Shown here: piece by piece, positions 36,562 to 47,179 of the stretch | How the letters are laid out: each line of letters begins with the position of its first letter | Position numbering within the stretch: the stretch's first letter is position 1 | DNA from: Vicugna vicugna | Lineage: Eukaryota | DNA length: 64,000 nt | Assembly (NCBI GenBank): GCA_013265495.1 | Contig: MU057801.1 | Coordinates: 2,262,301-2,326,300, forward strand | Reading direction: 5' to 3' | Translations under genes and position numbers: made by a program | The notes under the pieces: model-generated | Database searches by the model: none | What the model was told of the DNA's origin: nothing | What the model saw: only the letters and a program-made list of their open reading frames with translations

Positions 36562-37837
36562 TGATCTCGCAGCTGGCATCGGCCCAGCGGTCTGGTCAGA
36601 GCAGTGATGTCGCCCTCCCACCTCGTGAGTGAGCACGAGTGAGCCAGTGCACGGGCCCGCCGCCACGGCCTTGCACACGGAGGCGCTGGGGTCCAGGGGT
36701 GCAGACGGGCCTGACTGACGGAGCCCAAGTCCCCGCGGGGCCTTTCTCAGAGATGTTGCTCAGAATGTGGGGGAAGCTCTATGCTGTTACCCTCTTCTTG
36801 CTGTCTCTGGAAACAGCCAGACTGTCCAGCCCCAAGGAAGTGGGTCAGTAAGTGGGTAGGTGCTCCTCCCATCCCGTCCACGACCAGGCCGTCGGAGGAA
36901 GGTCTCCGAACGCGAACAGCACCTGGGCTTGGATGGCGAGTTGGGAGGCGCACGACTAAGCACACGGTTAACCCCAGCCTTACTGAACACCTGCACGTGA
37001 AAGACGAAAAGAAAATAACTCGCTGCACGATGCGTTAAGGAGGTGGAATCACCTGCTTTTTCCGAATCTCTGTGGTAGAGTTGTGTCCCGTGAGGGAGGC
37101 CACGCGGGCTGTCTTTTTCTGATTCCGCGCAGGGCTCCTGAGGCTCAGAGCCCTGTGCACGAGAGCGGGAGTGCACACAGCCTAGCTGCCCTGTGCTGTG
37201 GCTGTCACACTAAGCCAGGTCCTCGCCCCCTGCACGGAGGAGTTCTTCCTTCTAATTCTAAGCACTGTCACCTGAGCCTCGAGTTCAAACACGGGCGAGG
37301 CGGACGAGCCACTGACGTGAACTGAATGATCAGAGTGAGCAGACCCGGGCTCCTGTGGGAGACGAGCAGCCTGAGGCCACCACACTGAAGGGATAAGTTA
37401 GAGTCAGTTGTTTGATGGAAATGAAAATATACTTGGGTTTTATTACCGCTAGTGTGTTTGGACGACTGTGCAGTCGGGCCCCCTGACAGGAGTCTGACTG
37501 TGGGGCTCAGGGCCCAGACCGCGCGCCCTGGAAGGCGGGTGTGCGCCCTGGAAGGCGAGTGTCCCCCCTGGGCCACCCCCCCCGGCGGGCTGGGAGCTGC
37601 TACTCAGGGCAGCCAGGCTTGTCCAGCGTGACCCCCACCCCTCTGGGAGGAGCACCGTGAGGAGTCCAGCTCCTCCACCAGGCAGGCTGGAAAACCGGCT
37701 CTTGTCTGGAAGGGCTGAATTTCTGGCGTGAGCTGGGCGAAGGCTCTGACCTGTGGCGCCGTCCTTGGGCTCTCCGCGGACGCGCCGCAGCAACTTTCAG
37801 CAAGCAGCAGGGGCTGGGCGTGAACAAGTGTTTGTGC

Positions 37838-37925
37838 TTTATAATAGTTTATTTATTTTAATGGAGGGACCTGGGATCAAACCAGACCTCGTGCACGCTA
37901 AGCATGTGCTCTGCAACCTCCCCCT
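37838..37925 (-). mobile_element. tRNA-derived SINE (camelid-type) in GZF1 intron
   Basis: reverse complement agagcacatgcttagcgtgcacgaggtctggtttgatcccaggtccctccattaaaataaataaa. Confidence 0.75.
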
Positions 37926-38070
37926 TTTGATACTTTCAACTAGAAAATGTAGCCTGCTGCCCACCAAGACACCTCGTGGGGGCTCCCGTGGGGCTGGAGG
38001 TGAACCCGGTCTCCCCGCGTGCTCCAGCGCCTGCGTCATTGCTGACGGTGTGTTTCCTCTCTTCCTGCAG

Positions 38071-38238
38071 GTGAAAGACCTTTTATGTGTGAGACGTGTG
38101 GCAAGAGTTTCGCTTCCAAGGAGTATTTAAAACACCACAATAGAATCCATACTGGGTCCAAACCCTTTAAATGTGAAGTTTGTTTCAGGACTTTTGCGCA
38201 GCGGAACTCACTTTACCAACACATTAAAGTCCATACAG
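38071..38238 (+). CDS. GZF1: GZF1 coding exon (ERPFMCETC...HIKVHT), two fingers
   Basis: 168 nt, cttcctgcag acceptor, GTGAGG donor. Confidence 0.96.
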
Positions 38239-38634
38239 GTGAGGCTGGCAGTCACAGAGGGGGCTGCGGGGCAGGAAGACACCCTGGAGGCGTTAGGTTT
38301 GCTAGAAAAGCACCCGGAGTTCACCTCTGTGTATCCTGATGGCATTTACAATTCCTGGGTTTCTGGTTCCTGGCTCTGACAAACTGAAAGGATATGAAGG
38401 TTGGAAGGTGGATGTGGGTGTGTGGCCATTCGGGGTGGTGGTCTGTCTGGATCAGCGGACATGCACGTGCACATCAGGGACTTGGGGCTTTACGTCCGGT
38501 CTGTGGAAGCCGGGCGCCGCCCGGAGCCACCCTGCCGCGGTCGGCAGAGGCTGTGACCTCCCCGGCCAGCCTCGCCCTCCTCCGGGCCGGGTCCAGGCCG
38601 CAAGGCAGCCGGTCGCTGTGTCTCTTCCGTCCAG

Positions 38635-38792
38635 GGGAGCGTCCCTACTGCTGCGACCAGTGCGGGAAGCAGTTCACGCAGCTCAACGCCCTCCAGCGGC
38701 ACCACCGCATCCACACGGGGGAGAAGCCATTCATGTGCAACGCGTGCGGACGGACGTTCACCGACAAGTCCACGCTGCGGCGGCACACCTCG
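38635..38792 (+). CDS. GZF1: GZF1 coding exon (ERPYCCDQC...STLRRHTS)
   Basis: 158 nt, cttccgtccag acceptor, GTAAGC donor. Confidence 0.96.
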
Positions 38793-38906
38793 GTAAGCCG
38801 GGGGAGGCCGGTCCGCGACGAGGGCCTGGTGGCCGGGGGCCTGACGGGCGTCGGGACCCGAGTGGCGGCGCTGCGGTCGGTGACTTGTGCTCTGTTTGGC
38901 CCGTAG

Positions 38907-39257
38907 GTCCATGATAGGAATACCCCATGGAAGTCTTTCCTTGTCATTGTAGATGGCTCCCCCAAGCAGGACGAGGGGCACAAGGCCGAGCGGCCCGACG
39001 GAGAGCACGCGCCGCCCCCGCTCCCGGGCACGCTGCTGTCTTTCGCGGAAAATGGCCGCTTCCACAACCTGGCCGCCGTCCAGGGCAGCGCACCTGCCGT
39101 GGCCGAGGACGGGCCTGCGGAGCCGGCCTGCAAGTCGGACGCGGCCGTGGGCCCCCAGGCCGCACTGCTGGCCGCCGCCGTCGGCGGGCTCGGTGAGCTG
39201 ACGCCCCAGCCGGACGCGGGGCCCACCCAGCTGCGCGCTCTGACCGACGGGGAGTAG
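38907..39257 (+). CDS. GZF1: GZF1 last coding exon (VHDRNTPWKSFLVIVDGSPK...LTDGE*)
   Basis: completes the last finger; TAG 39255-39257; spliced CDS 2145 nt = 714 aa. Confidence 0.94.
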   Translation, partial: VHDRNTPWKSFLVIVDGSPKQDEGHKAERPDGEHAPPPLPGTLLSFAENGRFHNLAAVQGSAPAVAEDGPAEPACKSDAAVGPQAALLAAAVGGLGELTPQPDAGPTQLRALTDGE

Positions 39258-39648
39258 CGCTCGGCCTTGCCGGGCCTGAGGGCTGGACCCGCAGTGACGT
39301 CGTGGCCAAGGAAGGAGCCGCAGGCCAAGCGGTGGGCAGGGACGGCTTAGGCGACCCTCCCGAGTCGTGCTGACGCGCACGCCTGTCGCACCGTCTCTGA
39401 AGCTTCCCCTTAGACGTCCTCACTGTGCGGTCTCTGTGACTTTGTCAATGAGGTGGCCGACGCAGTGACTTCGCTCAGTCCTGCTGTCATCACCCTGCTG
39501 CCTGTTGTCCCAACGTCCACAACGCTCGCTGCTTGGCTTCACCGCAGACACCGCACCCACCCGCTCCTGAAGCTGCCGCCGCCCCCTGGCCTCTCCCTGC
39601 CACAGGCTTCCGTGTGGCCTCACTTCGGGTGTGTTTCTACCACGCTGA

Positions 39649-39654
39649 AATAAA
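39649..39654 (+). terminator. GZF1: candidate proximal GZF1 poly(A) signal
   Basis: AATAAA ~390 nt after the stop. Confidence 0.4.
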
Positions 39655-40717
39655 ACTGGGGCCGCGTATTTTCAGCTGTTTCTTTCCTGTCGAATTGAAG
39701 CAAATCAGCTCTATTCGGGGGTCGGAGGGGATGACGCGCCCCTCCCCACGCCTGCTCTGCAGGCGCTGAGCCGCACCCTAGGCAGTGGCTGCTCACAGCA
39801 TCTGTGGCTACAAGTGTCAGAAAATGGTGTTCGAAATGAAATGTGGCTGTTGGGTATCATTCCTAAAAATCTGATTAGGTAAAAGCTCTACCAAAGATGG
39901 TAGCAGGAAACAGCCTAGTTTTTGCAGAGGGGTGCGAAAAATTACGCGAGGGGCTTGAGCACTTGAGTTACTTTGTTCCCAAGTAGCGCCGAGGTGGCTG
40001 CGGCAAATGTAAGGACACAGGATGCTGGAATCTTGCTAGGTTTCTCTGACTTACTCTCTGCAATTTTGAGAAACCCAGATTGTCTCATTTTCACATCCAG
40101 GGCCTGACAGGCAAGTCCCAGGCCCCCATCTGTCCCCCTGGGAGCACCTGCGGATCTGCAGAAGGGACCAAAGGCTCGGCACACACTCCCCTGGGATCGT
40201 GCCTTACGTAACTTGCCTTACACGCGCCCGTCGCCCCAGGCTGGCCGCCTGCGGCCTGGGTCTCAGTCCCCTGGGAGGGCCGGTCGCGTGTGCAAAGTGC
40301 TTTGACTCATAGGGGACCCGGGAAACACGCTCACTTAGAAAAAGAATCCTTCTGTGTTCACTAGTTGTCTTGTATTTTAATTTATTAAACTTGCTGTGAA
40401 AACACTTCCATTTTCTGAGAGAAAGGTACTTTCTGCGTGAGTCCAGGGCAGTGACAGCCACAGAAACGCTGGGAGTGCCCAGGTCATGCTCGGGGCAGGT
40501 CACTGCACCTCCCAGGACAGCGCTCCCCAGTGGCGTCTGCAGAACAGAAAATAGCAACTCTCACGCTTTATTCTCGCAGAGCCAGCCTGCCTGGCTGACG
40601 TACTGTTCCATTGGGTGGACTCATCTTAACAAGAAATTTAAATAGATTATTTTGTTACCTACTGAAGAATTGTCTTTGTTTCTTTAGGAAGTCTACAAAA
40701 ATTTAGTTTAATGTGTT

Positions 40718-40723
40718 AATAAA
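40718..40723 (+). terminator. GZF1: candidate distal GZF1 poly(A) signal
   Basis: AATAAA in an AT-rich block followed by tgtttgttttgt. Confidence 0.6.
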
Positions 40724-41232
40724 TGTTTGTTTTGTAAAAAGTTTGTAAGTATTTCCATTATTACAATGTAGGTTTTGTAGAAAGATTCCTGATTGAAACC
40801 ACTGCGGCCCCTGAGTCTCAGAGCCCAAGGACAGCCATCCCCCTGCAGACGGGCCGGTCCTCCAAGGCCATGGTCAGTCTGCAGCGCCGGGCTCCTCCAG
40901 CCACGTTCACGGCTCGGTCCACTTCGTGGGAGCAGAGGGCAGGGCTGCCCCCGAGAACAGGGAAATCCTGAAACCCTGCAGAGGACGCATCCTGGGCGTC
41001 TCCTGTGTCTCCCCGTCCAGGTGCCGTGTTGCTGGTGATGGTTGCCCTGATCCTGGAGGCGGGGAAGCGCTCAGTGCCGCCCGGGGCCTCAGGACAGGTG
41101 ATGTCACACCTTCCCGCCATCGCGAGGGCGACGCATTCAGCCTAGACGCCCAAGCTCTGCTGCCTTTGCTTGTAACCAAAATTGTACACAGTTTGGGGGA
41201 AGAAAGGCCACGGGGTGGGGGGAAGCAGCACT

Positions 41233-41238
41233 TTTATT
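41233..41238 (-). terminator. NAPB: candidate NAPB poly(A) signal
   Basis: tttatt on plus = AATAAA on minus, ~2.8 kb past the NAPB stop. Confidence 0.55.
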
Positions 41239-42880
41239 GGTTCTGCTGCAGCTGATGAACTCAACCAACAAATGTGATCCATCTGTTACATTTTATTCTC
41301 ACCTGTTAGACTGTATACTTTGCTACATGGGTACGTTTCTGAGACCAAACGGGTGTCTGTCTCCAAAACGTGATACTGTTCCTGTCACTTAAAGTAACAT
41401 TATTTCAGGCAAAAGGCCTTTTGTCCACAGGCACAAAGACAGGCCTGTAGAGGCAGGCAGGTAGGGACAGACGGACGCGGGCACAGGCCACCCGTGCGCC
41501 CCTCCCCCAGCCGGCCTTGGGAACCAGCGCGTCCTCCACGGGTCCGCACAGGACTGGACTGGCGCGAGGCCTGCAGGCCCGGGTTTTAACTAGCCCACAG
41601 TGGGAGACTCTGAGGAGAAACGTTTGAATGAGAGAGACCTGGAACCCCCACCACTTGGCTGAATTCCTAGACGGGGTGGCCTCTTAGTCCACTTTGACTT
41701 TGCTCTGAATTGTCTGCGGGGCGTGAACAAGGCCCCGGGACGGGGCGGGTCCGCCCGGGGAGACACCAGGTGTCCTCAGAGCCCCGCTCCCTCAGGTGCA
41801 GGCGAGGCTTCCGAGCCAGCGGCAGGCCTGCAGAGCTGGGGGCGGGCTGGGTGGGTGTTCCCGGGCCCGAGACCACCCCTGACCACTGCCCTCCACCCGG
41901 TGGGGACAACCTCCAGGACAGGAAGCCACCCCAACCTGTGCAGTCCAGCCAGGAAGGACTCCGACACACTGCTGGTAACTTCCACTTTATTTACTGCACA
42001 GGGTCACACAGACTCTCTGAGGAGGTGCAAGTTAGTCACAGGGTTAGTTTTCACAATACAGCCCTCCGCGATGGCATGAGGGGGCAGAGGCCGCGGCCGG
42101 GCCCCGACCCGGCTCCCCGTGGGCGGGTGGGCGGCCACGGGAGGCATGCTGGGCCGCCGCGTCCCCCAGAGCGCCCTGGTGCTGGGGATCTAACGCGTGC
42201 TATCGGAGGAGACGACAGATGCACACACGGGTAGTGAGACCGTCACATGTGGTCACGACTGTGCAAAATACTGGTTTAAAAGCATTAAATGACAAAGGAG
42301 CTCACACAAGGTATTAAAACGTTGCCACAAAAAGCTAAGCTTTCCTGTAAGAAATTTTAACTCACTTTATCAATTTGCTAAAACACAGAGACTGTAACAT
42401 AAGCAGTCATCACACTTCATTCACGAACAACGGCCCACAAACCCTGGAACACTAACCCGGGCTCTGAGTCACAGCCACGCCTGCCACGAGCAGCGTCCGA
42501 GGAGGGAGGTCCGGGTCCCGCTCCCGCTCCCGGGCTGTTGCTCCTCGCTCTCCTTTGCTGTCTGGCAGGCCTGCTGTGGCCGCTGCAATTAGTTACTCTC
42601 TTCATGTAAAACATTAAAAACAAAAAACCTCAACCCCGCCACTGATCCCAGTGTTCATCTCAATCCACATCACCCCGACTGACGTTACAGAATGCTGCCG
42701 AATCCGCGTCTCGGAACCACAGCCCTGCAGGCGGCGTCCGCAGGGGGCGGCGGAGACGCTAAGGGAGTGGCCGCAAAGACATCGCGAGGGGTTTGTTCTG
42801 TGCGGTCAGACCAGGAGCTCCTTCCAACAAGCGACACCGACGTCCGAGGTGAGCAATGGAGCAAGGCTGCACAGAAACGT

Positions 42881-42968
42881 GTGCAGTGCCACCTCCTGTG
42901 TCACGTGGATGTGCAGTGCCACCTCCCGCGTTGCGTGGATGTGCAGTGCCACCTCCCGTGTCACGTGG
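42881..42968. repeat. 30-bp tandem repeat x3 in presumed NAPB 3'UTR
   Basis: gtgcagtgccacctcc(t/c)g..t..cgtgga units starting at 42881, 42911 and 42941. Confidence 0.9.
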
Positions 42969-44038
42969 CAGGGAGTTTCACCTGTGTCAACACTGTCCTC
43001 CCAGGGCAATAAACACACATCAGACATAAAACAAGAGCACATCTAGGTACAGGGTCAACATGTCACAGACGGGCAGGGCCCAGCGTCCTAGGTCAACAGA
43101 GCACAGATATGAGCCAAATTAACAGGACAGAACCCAAGCCCACAGGCTAGACCAGTCTACCGGCACAGAGCAGGCTCTCCCGGAGACGTGGGGCTCCTTC
43201 CTGGCTGGGCACACGTGAACCTCGGCACCATGTTCACCCCACCGAGCCCGACACGCCCAGTAAGTGGACAATTCATGACACACTTTGCTAAGCCTGACGT
43301 GAGTCCCCTGCAGCCCTGCTGAGCATGGACGTGAGGGGCGTGTGGGAAGGTGCACGAGCACGAAGGGGGGGGGACGAGCCGCTGAGCCCCCCTGCGTCAG
43401 GGCGAGGACAAGCAGGACAGGAAGCCCCGACCTCACGGAGCTGCGCGTGCGTGTGCGCGAGGGCAGCAGGCCCACCCACGCCCGTCCACACCTGGGCCGC
43501 CAGCAGACATGGCTGTTCCTGACACTCACGTGTGCGCTCAGTGTCCAGCACAACATAAAACCCACGGAAACTGGTCACTAGCACCATCAAAAGAATCACA
43601 AGAAAGCAAAGAGAAGAAATTTCCAACGAGGAAAGTCATCGATGATGCCTAACAGGTGTCCTGCACTGCAAGCCACGTTCAGAGAACACATCCAGGCACA
43701 AGGTCACAGAGAAGCTGTAAAGCGTCTACAGAGCGGGGGGCTGGGGGCCAAGGCCAAGGCCAAGGCCGTCGGGTGCGGCAACATGAACCGAAGCGCTGCG
43801 CGGACCACAGTGACACAGCGAGGCTCGGAAGCAGTTCTTAGAGCTCTGGGGACTCTGGCGGGTGGATGGTCCATCCCACCCGCCTGCCTCACAGGGACGC
43901 ACGCAGCTGCTCACACACACGCACACACGCACAGCCGGGCTCGTGTGCAATGAAAACAAGCCATTGAGCGGGCACCCTGGCGTGGTCACGGGCCCAACAC
44001 GGAACTCAGGAGGGCCGCAGCCGCCCAGGGCGCCAGCC

Positions 44039-44149
44039 TCACTTCAGGTCCCCGTCGCCCTCGCCGTCCCCCTGGATGGACTTCTTGATGCGAAGCAGCA
44101 TGGTCGTGAGCCACTGGTCCAGGCGGGATATCGAGTCAAACTCCTTTAC
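44039..44149 (-). CDS. NAPB: beta-SNAP last coding exon 11 ([36 protein letters not shown])
   Basis: C-terminus [10 protein letters not shown] distinguishes beta-SNAP from alpha-SNAP; TGA at 44041-44039. Confidence 0.97.
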
Positions 44150-44961
44150 CTGGTTCAAGGGCAGAGAACGGGGTGACTCCGTGGAAAACACCAGAAACTG
44201 CTGAATACTTCCACTGACGACCACTTTCACCTGCACTCCACTTTATAACTTTCCCACCACCCCGCGACTGTTACGAGGAAGTTAACGACACGCTCCCTTG
44301 AGGACAGCAGACCCCGTCCAAGGCCGAGGCAGCGTGGAGGTCACCGCTGCGCCGATGCCTGCTGGACAGGGAGCGGGGACAGCAGATGCAGGGTGTGCGG
44401 GGGCACAAGCCCCCAGCCCCGCCCAGCCCCGCCCACCACCAAGGACGGACGCACAGCCGCACAAAGGCCATTCCCACCGCTGCTCCCAAGCCAGGATGGA
44501 TGAATGAATGAAGGACACTGAGAAATTCACTCAATTCTACACGTAAGATGGAAAAAGATGGGAAAACAGGAAATTGATGAATGTGAAAAAAAAATTCCCA
44601 TTTATTTTAGGCCAAGAATGTAACACACTCTCACTGCTTTGTTTTTATGTTTGAAATTTAACTGATGAGATCTGACTGCTTTTACTTTACTGTTTAGGGA
44701 TCCGATTATTTTCCAAAGGAAACACCCCAAGAAGTAACAGCCGCGTGTGACGTGCGTCTGCCTCACAGCTAACGCAGCGTGGCTCGCAGAAGGTCCGCCT
44801 GCGAGGTCCATGGGAGCTAAAAAGCACGCCTTTTGGAAAACACGCTTCGGTGAACCCCAGTGATGTCCAAAGGAATGCTCAGCATTTCCACAATGAAAAG
44901 AAAAAGGACCTTCTGTGACTTGAACCTTCAGGAAACGTGCTACTCCCAAAGGAGAACTTAC

Positions 44962-45012
44962 TGCTTCCGTGTAAGCCTCACTGTTCTGTTCTTCATGAGC
45001 TTCTAGGAGTTT
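44962..45012 (-). CDS. NAPB: NAPB exon 10 (KLLEAHEEQNSEAYTEA)
   Basis: 51 nt, ctccag acceptor, GTAAGT donor. Confidence 0.96.
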
Positions 45013-45242
45013 CTGGAGCAAAAATATGGAAAAATCAGTTTGGCAGGTTAAAAAGGTCCACCCACGAGCACTTTACATACAGAAACAGCCTTGGTGTCGC
45101 CCTGACGCACTGCCAGGTCCTCACGACAGGGACCGGCTCAGACACAGCCAAGGTGAGCCCGAGGAGGGGCGCGGCTCTGTGTGAGCACCCCCAGTGGCCA
45201 GCGAGAGCGCAGCGCCGGGGCGGCCGGGCCCCACCCGCTCAC

Positions 45243-45311
45243 CTTCAGCAGTTTACATTCTCTTGAGTCAGTGAACGCTGGGAACATCTCCTCGTACTTC
45301 TCCAGAGCGAG
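45243..45311 (-). CDS. NAPB: NAPB exon 9 ([23 protein letters not shown])
   Basis: 69 nt, AG/GT flanks. Confidence 0.96.
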
Positions 45312-45781
45312 CTGCGGGGGAGACCACTCGTTAACCTCTGAGCCGCTGAGCCGGGAACCCGCGCTGACGAGCTGCGCACGCCGGTGCCGCTGACCGACGT
45401 GCTTCTCACGTGCACACGAGAACGCCGCCAGACGCTGCATCGGACCCACCCGTGTTCTTCCAACCACATATTCTGAACTTCCAGTTAAAAATAAACATCT
45501 AAACCAGTTCTTCTGAGTGAGGCTGCGCCAGAGAAGACAACGTGCACCAGACCTAATCTCAAGACCCCCCAGACCAGGCGCCTGTTTCTCCCTGAGCAGA
45601 CGCGTCTCCCCCACACCGCCCAGCCTCCCCGACGCCCGAGGGGCCTCCTCCTCCCAGGGGGAGCCCCGACACCGCCGACACTACGGCTGCACCGTCGCTG
45701 CGCCTCCCAGCCCTCAGCCTGCTTTTCAGTCTCTCCCCATCCTCACTCCAATTTCATCTCTGAGTTTGCAAAAAGATGTTA

Positions 45782-45941
45782 CGGGGAGAGGGAAGGCTGG
45801 CAGGGTAGGGCTCAGGAGTAGAGCACGTGCTTAATTAGCATGCACGAGGTCCTGGGTTCGATTCCCAGTACCTCTATCTAATTAGGCATTAGTAACCCTA
45901 ATTACCCCCCAAAACCCCCCAATTTTAAGAATAAAAATAAA
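45782..45941 (+). mobile_element. tRNA-derived SINE (camelid-type) with target-site duplication
   Basis: gctcaggagtagagcacgtgctt..agcatgcacgaggtcctgggttcgattcccagtacctc (A/B-box-like), A-rich tail; flanks aaaagatgtta (45771-45781) and aaaggatgtta (45942-45952). Confidence 0.85.
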
Positions 45942-46203
45942 AAAGGATGTTATTTTAGTTTTACTGCCTCCCCTCAGGCCTGGAATTTCTTTAAATCAAA
46001 ACTATGAAGGGAGCGTGGTCCGGGGGCCTTAGTTTAAGGACAGGGCTGCGGCAGCTGCTGTGGGGACATCGCAGTTGGGACAGGGTCACAGCACCAGCGC
46101 TTAGGTCATGCTCCACGTGCCGGTTTGGTCTTGCTGTTGGCAAGGCCGCCCGAGGCCACGCTCCCGGGTGACGCCGCCAACACCAGCACCGGCGGGCTCT
46201 CAC

Positions 46204-46308
46204 CTTGGCGTTCAGCTCGTCTACAATGAAGTGGCAGAGGGCGGCCTTGAAGAAGTAGTCCTTCGCACTGTACTTCAGCAACGGGTTGTCCATGGTGCTG
46301 GCCCCGAC
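46204..46308 (-). CDS. NAPB: NAPB exon 8 ([35 protein letters not shown])
   Basis: 105 nt, AG/GT flanks. Confidence 0.97.
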
Positions 46309-47179
46309 CTAGGCAGAGAGCAGGGTCAGCCTGGCCAGGGCCGCCTGCCAACCAAGGGCAGGCTGACATGCCTCTGCTCCTCGGGAAGCGCCCTGTGTCT
46401 CACGTGAAGTAAGCGAGGAAGTACATTCTTATGGCCGAATGTCATAAACTGGAAACTGTTCTTAGACCAGAAGCAATATTTAACACATAAAGTGCTGACC
46501 TGATGAAAAATGACTTGGGCGACTTCCACATCCAGGCCGGAAAAGACACGCCTTCCTGTCCCTCCTGTGAAAGGCAACTAAAGGCCCTGCTTCTGTCACG
46601 TGAGCTAGTGTCAGGGTTGGAAGGTGGGGGCAGAGCAGCCAGGGACACACGGAGGACAGTGCCCTGGGCTGCCTTTTTCTTGCGTGATCTCTGACGTGGG
46701 ACAGAACAAGCCAGCGACCCATAAACGGCAGTGGGTGGAGTGAGTCTGCCCCTCTGGCCAGAGGGCCAGGTGAGCAGGACAGAAAGCATCCACGCCGATG
46801 GCAAGCACTCCCCTCCAGCCACATTCCCGACAGCAACGCCCAAGAGAGACGAGACACCCCTCCCTGGGCCTCCCACTCAGGGACTCCAGGGCGGGAGCAG
46901 GAGCCCGCTGGCACCCCCTGCACCCCGCAGAGGCAGTGCAGACCACACGGGGGCTGGGCTCCCTCCTCCCAGCAGGGCCGAGGCGCCCTCGCCTCCCAGC
47001 TGCGTGGCCCCAGGAGAGCCCAGTGCAGGGTGACCTCTACTGCCACCCGACAGTAAGGAGGCGGCAGGAGGGGAGCCTGAACTGCTCCCCTAACCTGGCA
47101 GAAGCACGGAGACACCCCTTCCCAGCCAGAGCTGCGTCCAGGGAGCCCGCTGAGAGCAGAAGCCTAACAAAGCCCAGTC

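Noticed and set aside
37520-37570. Short ~21-bp tandem duplication (gcgccctggaaggcg) in a GZF1 intron; similar small duplications near 19125-19160 and 43748-43768
   Set aside because: Ordinary slippage duplications with no evident function
45795-45875. Possible tRNA gene
   Set aside because: The A-rich tail, target-site duplication and insertion in the anticodon region indicate a SINE
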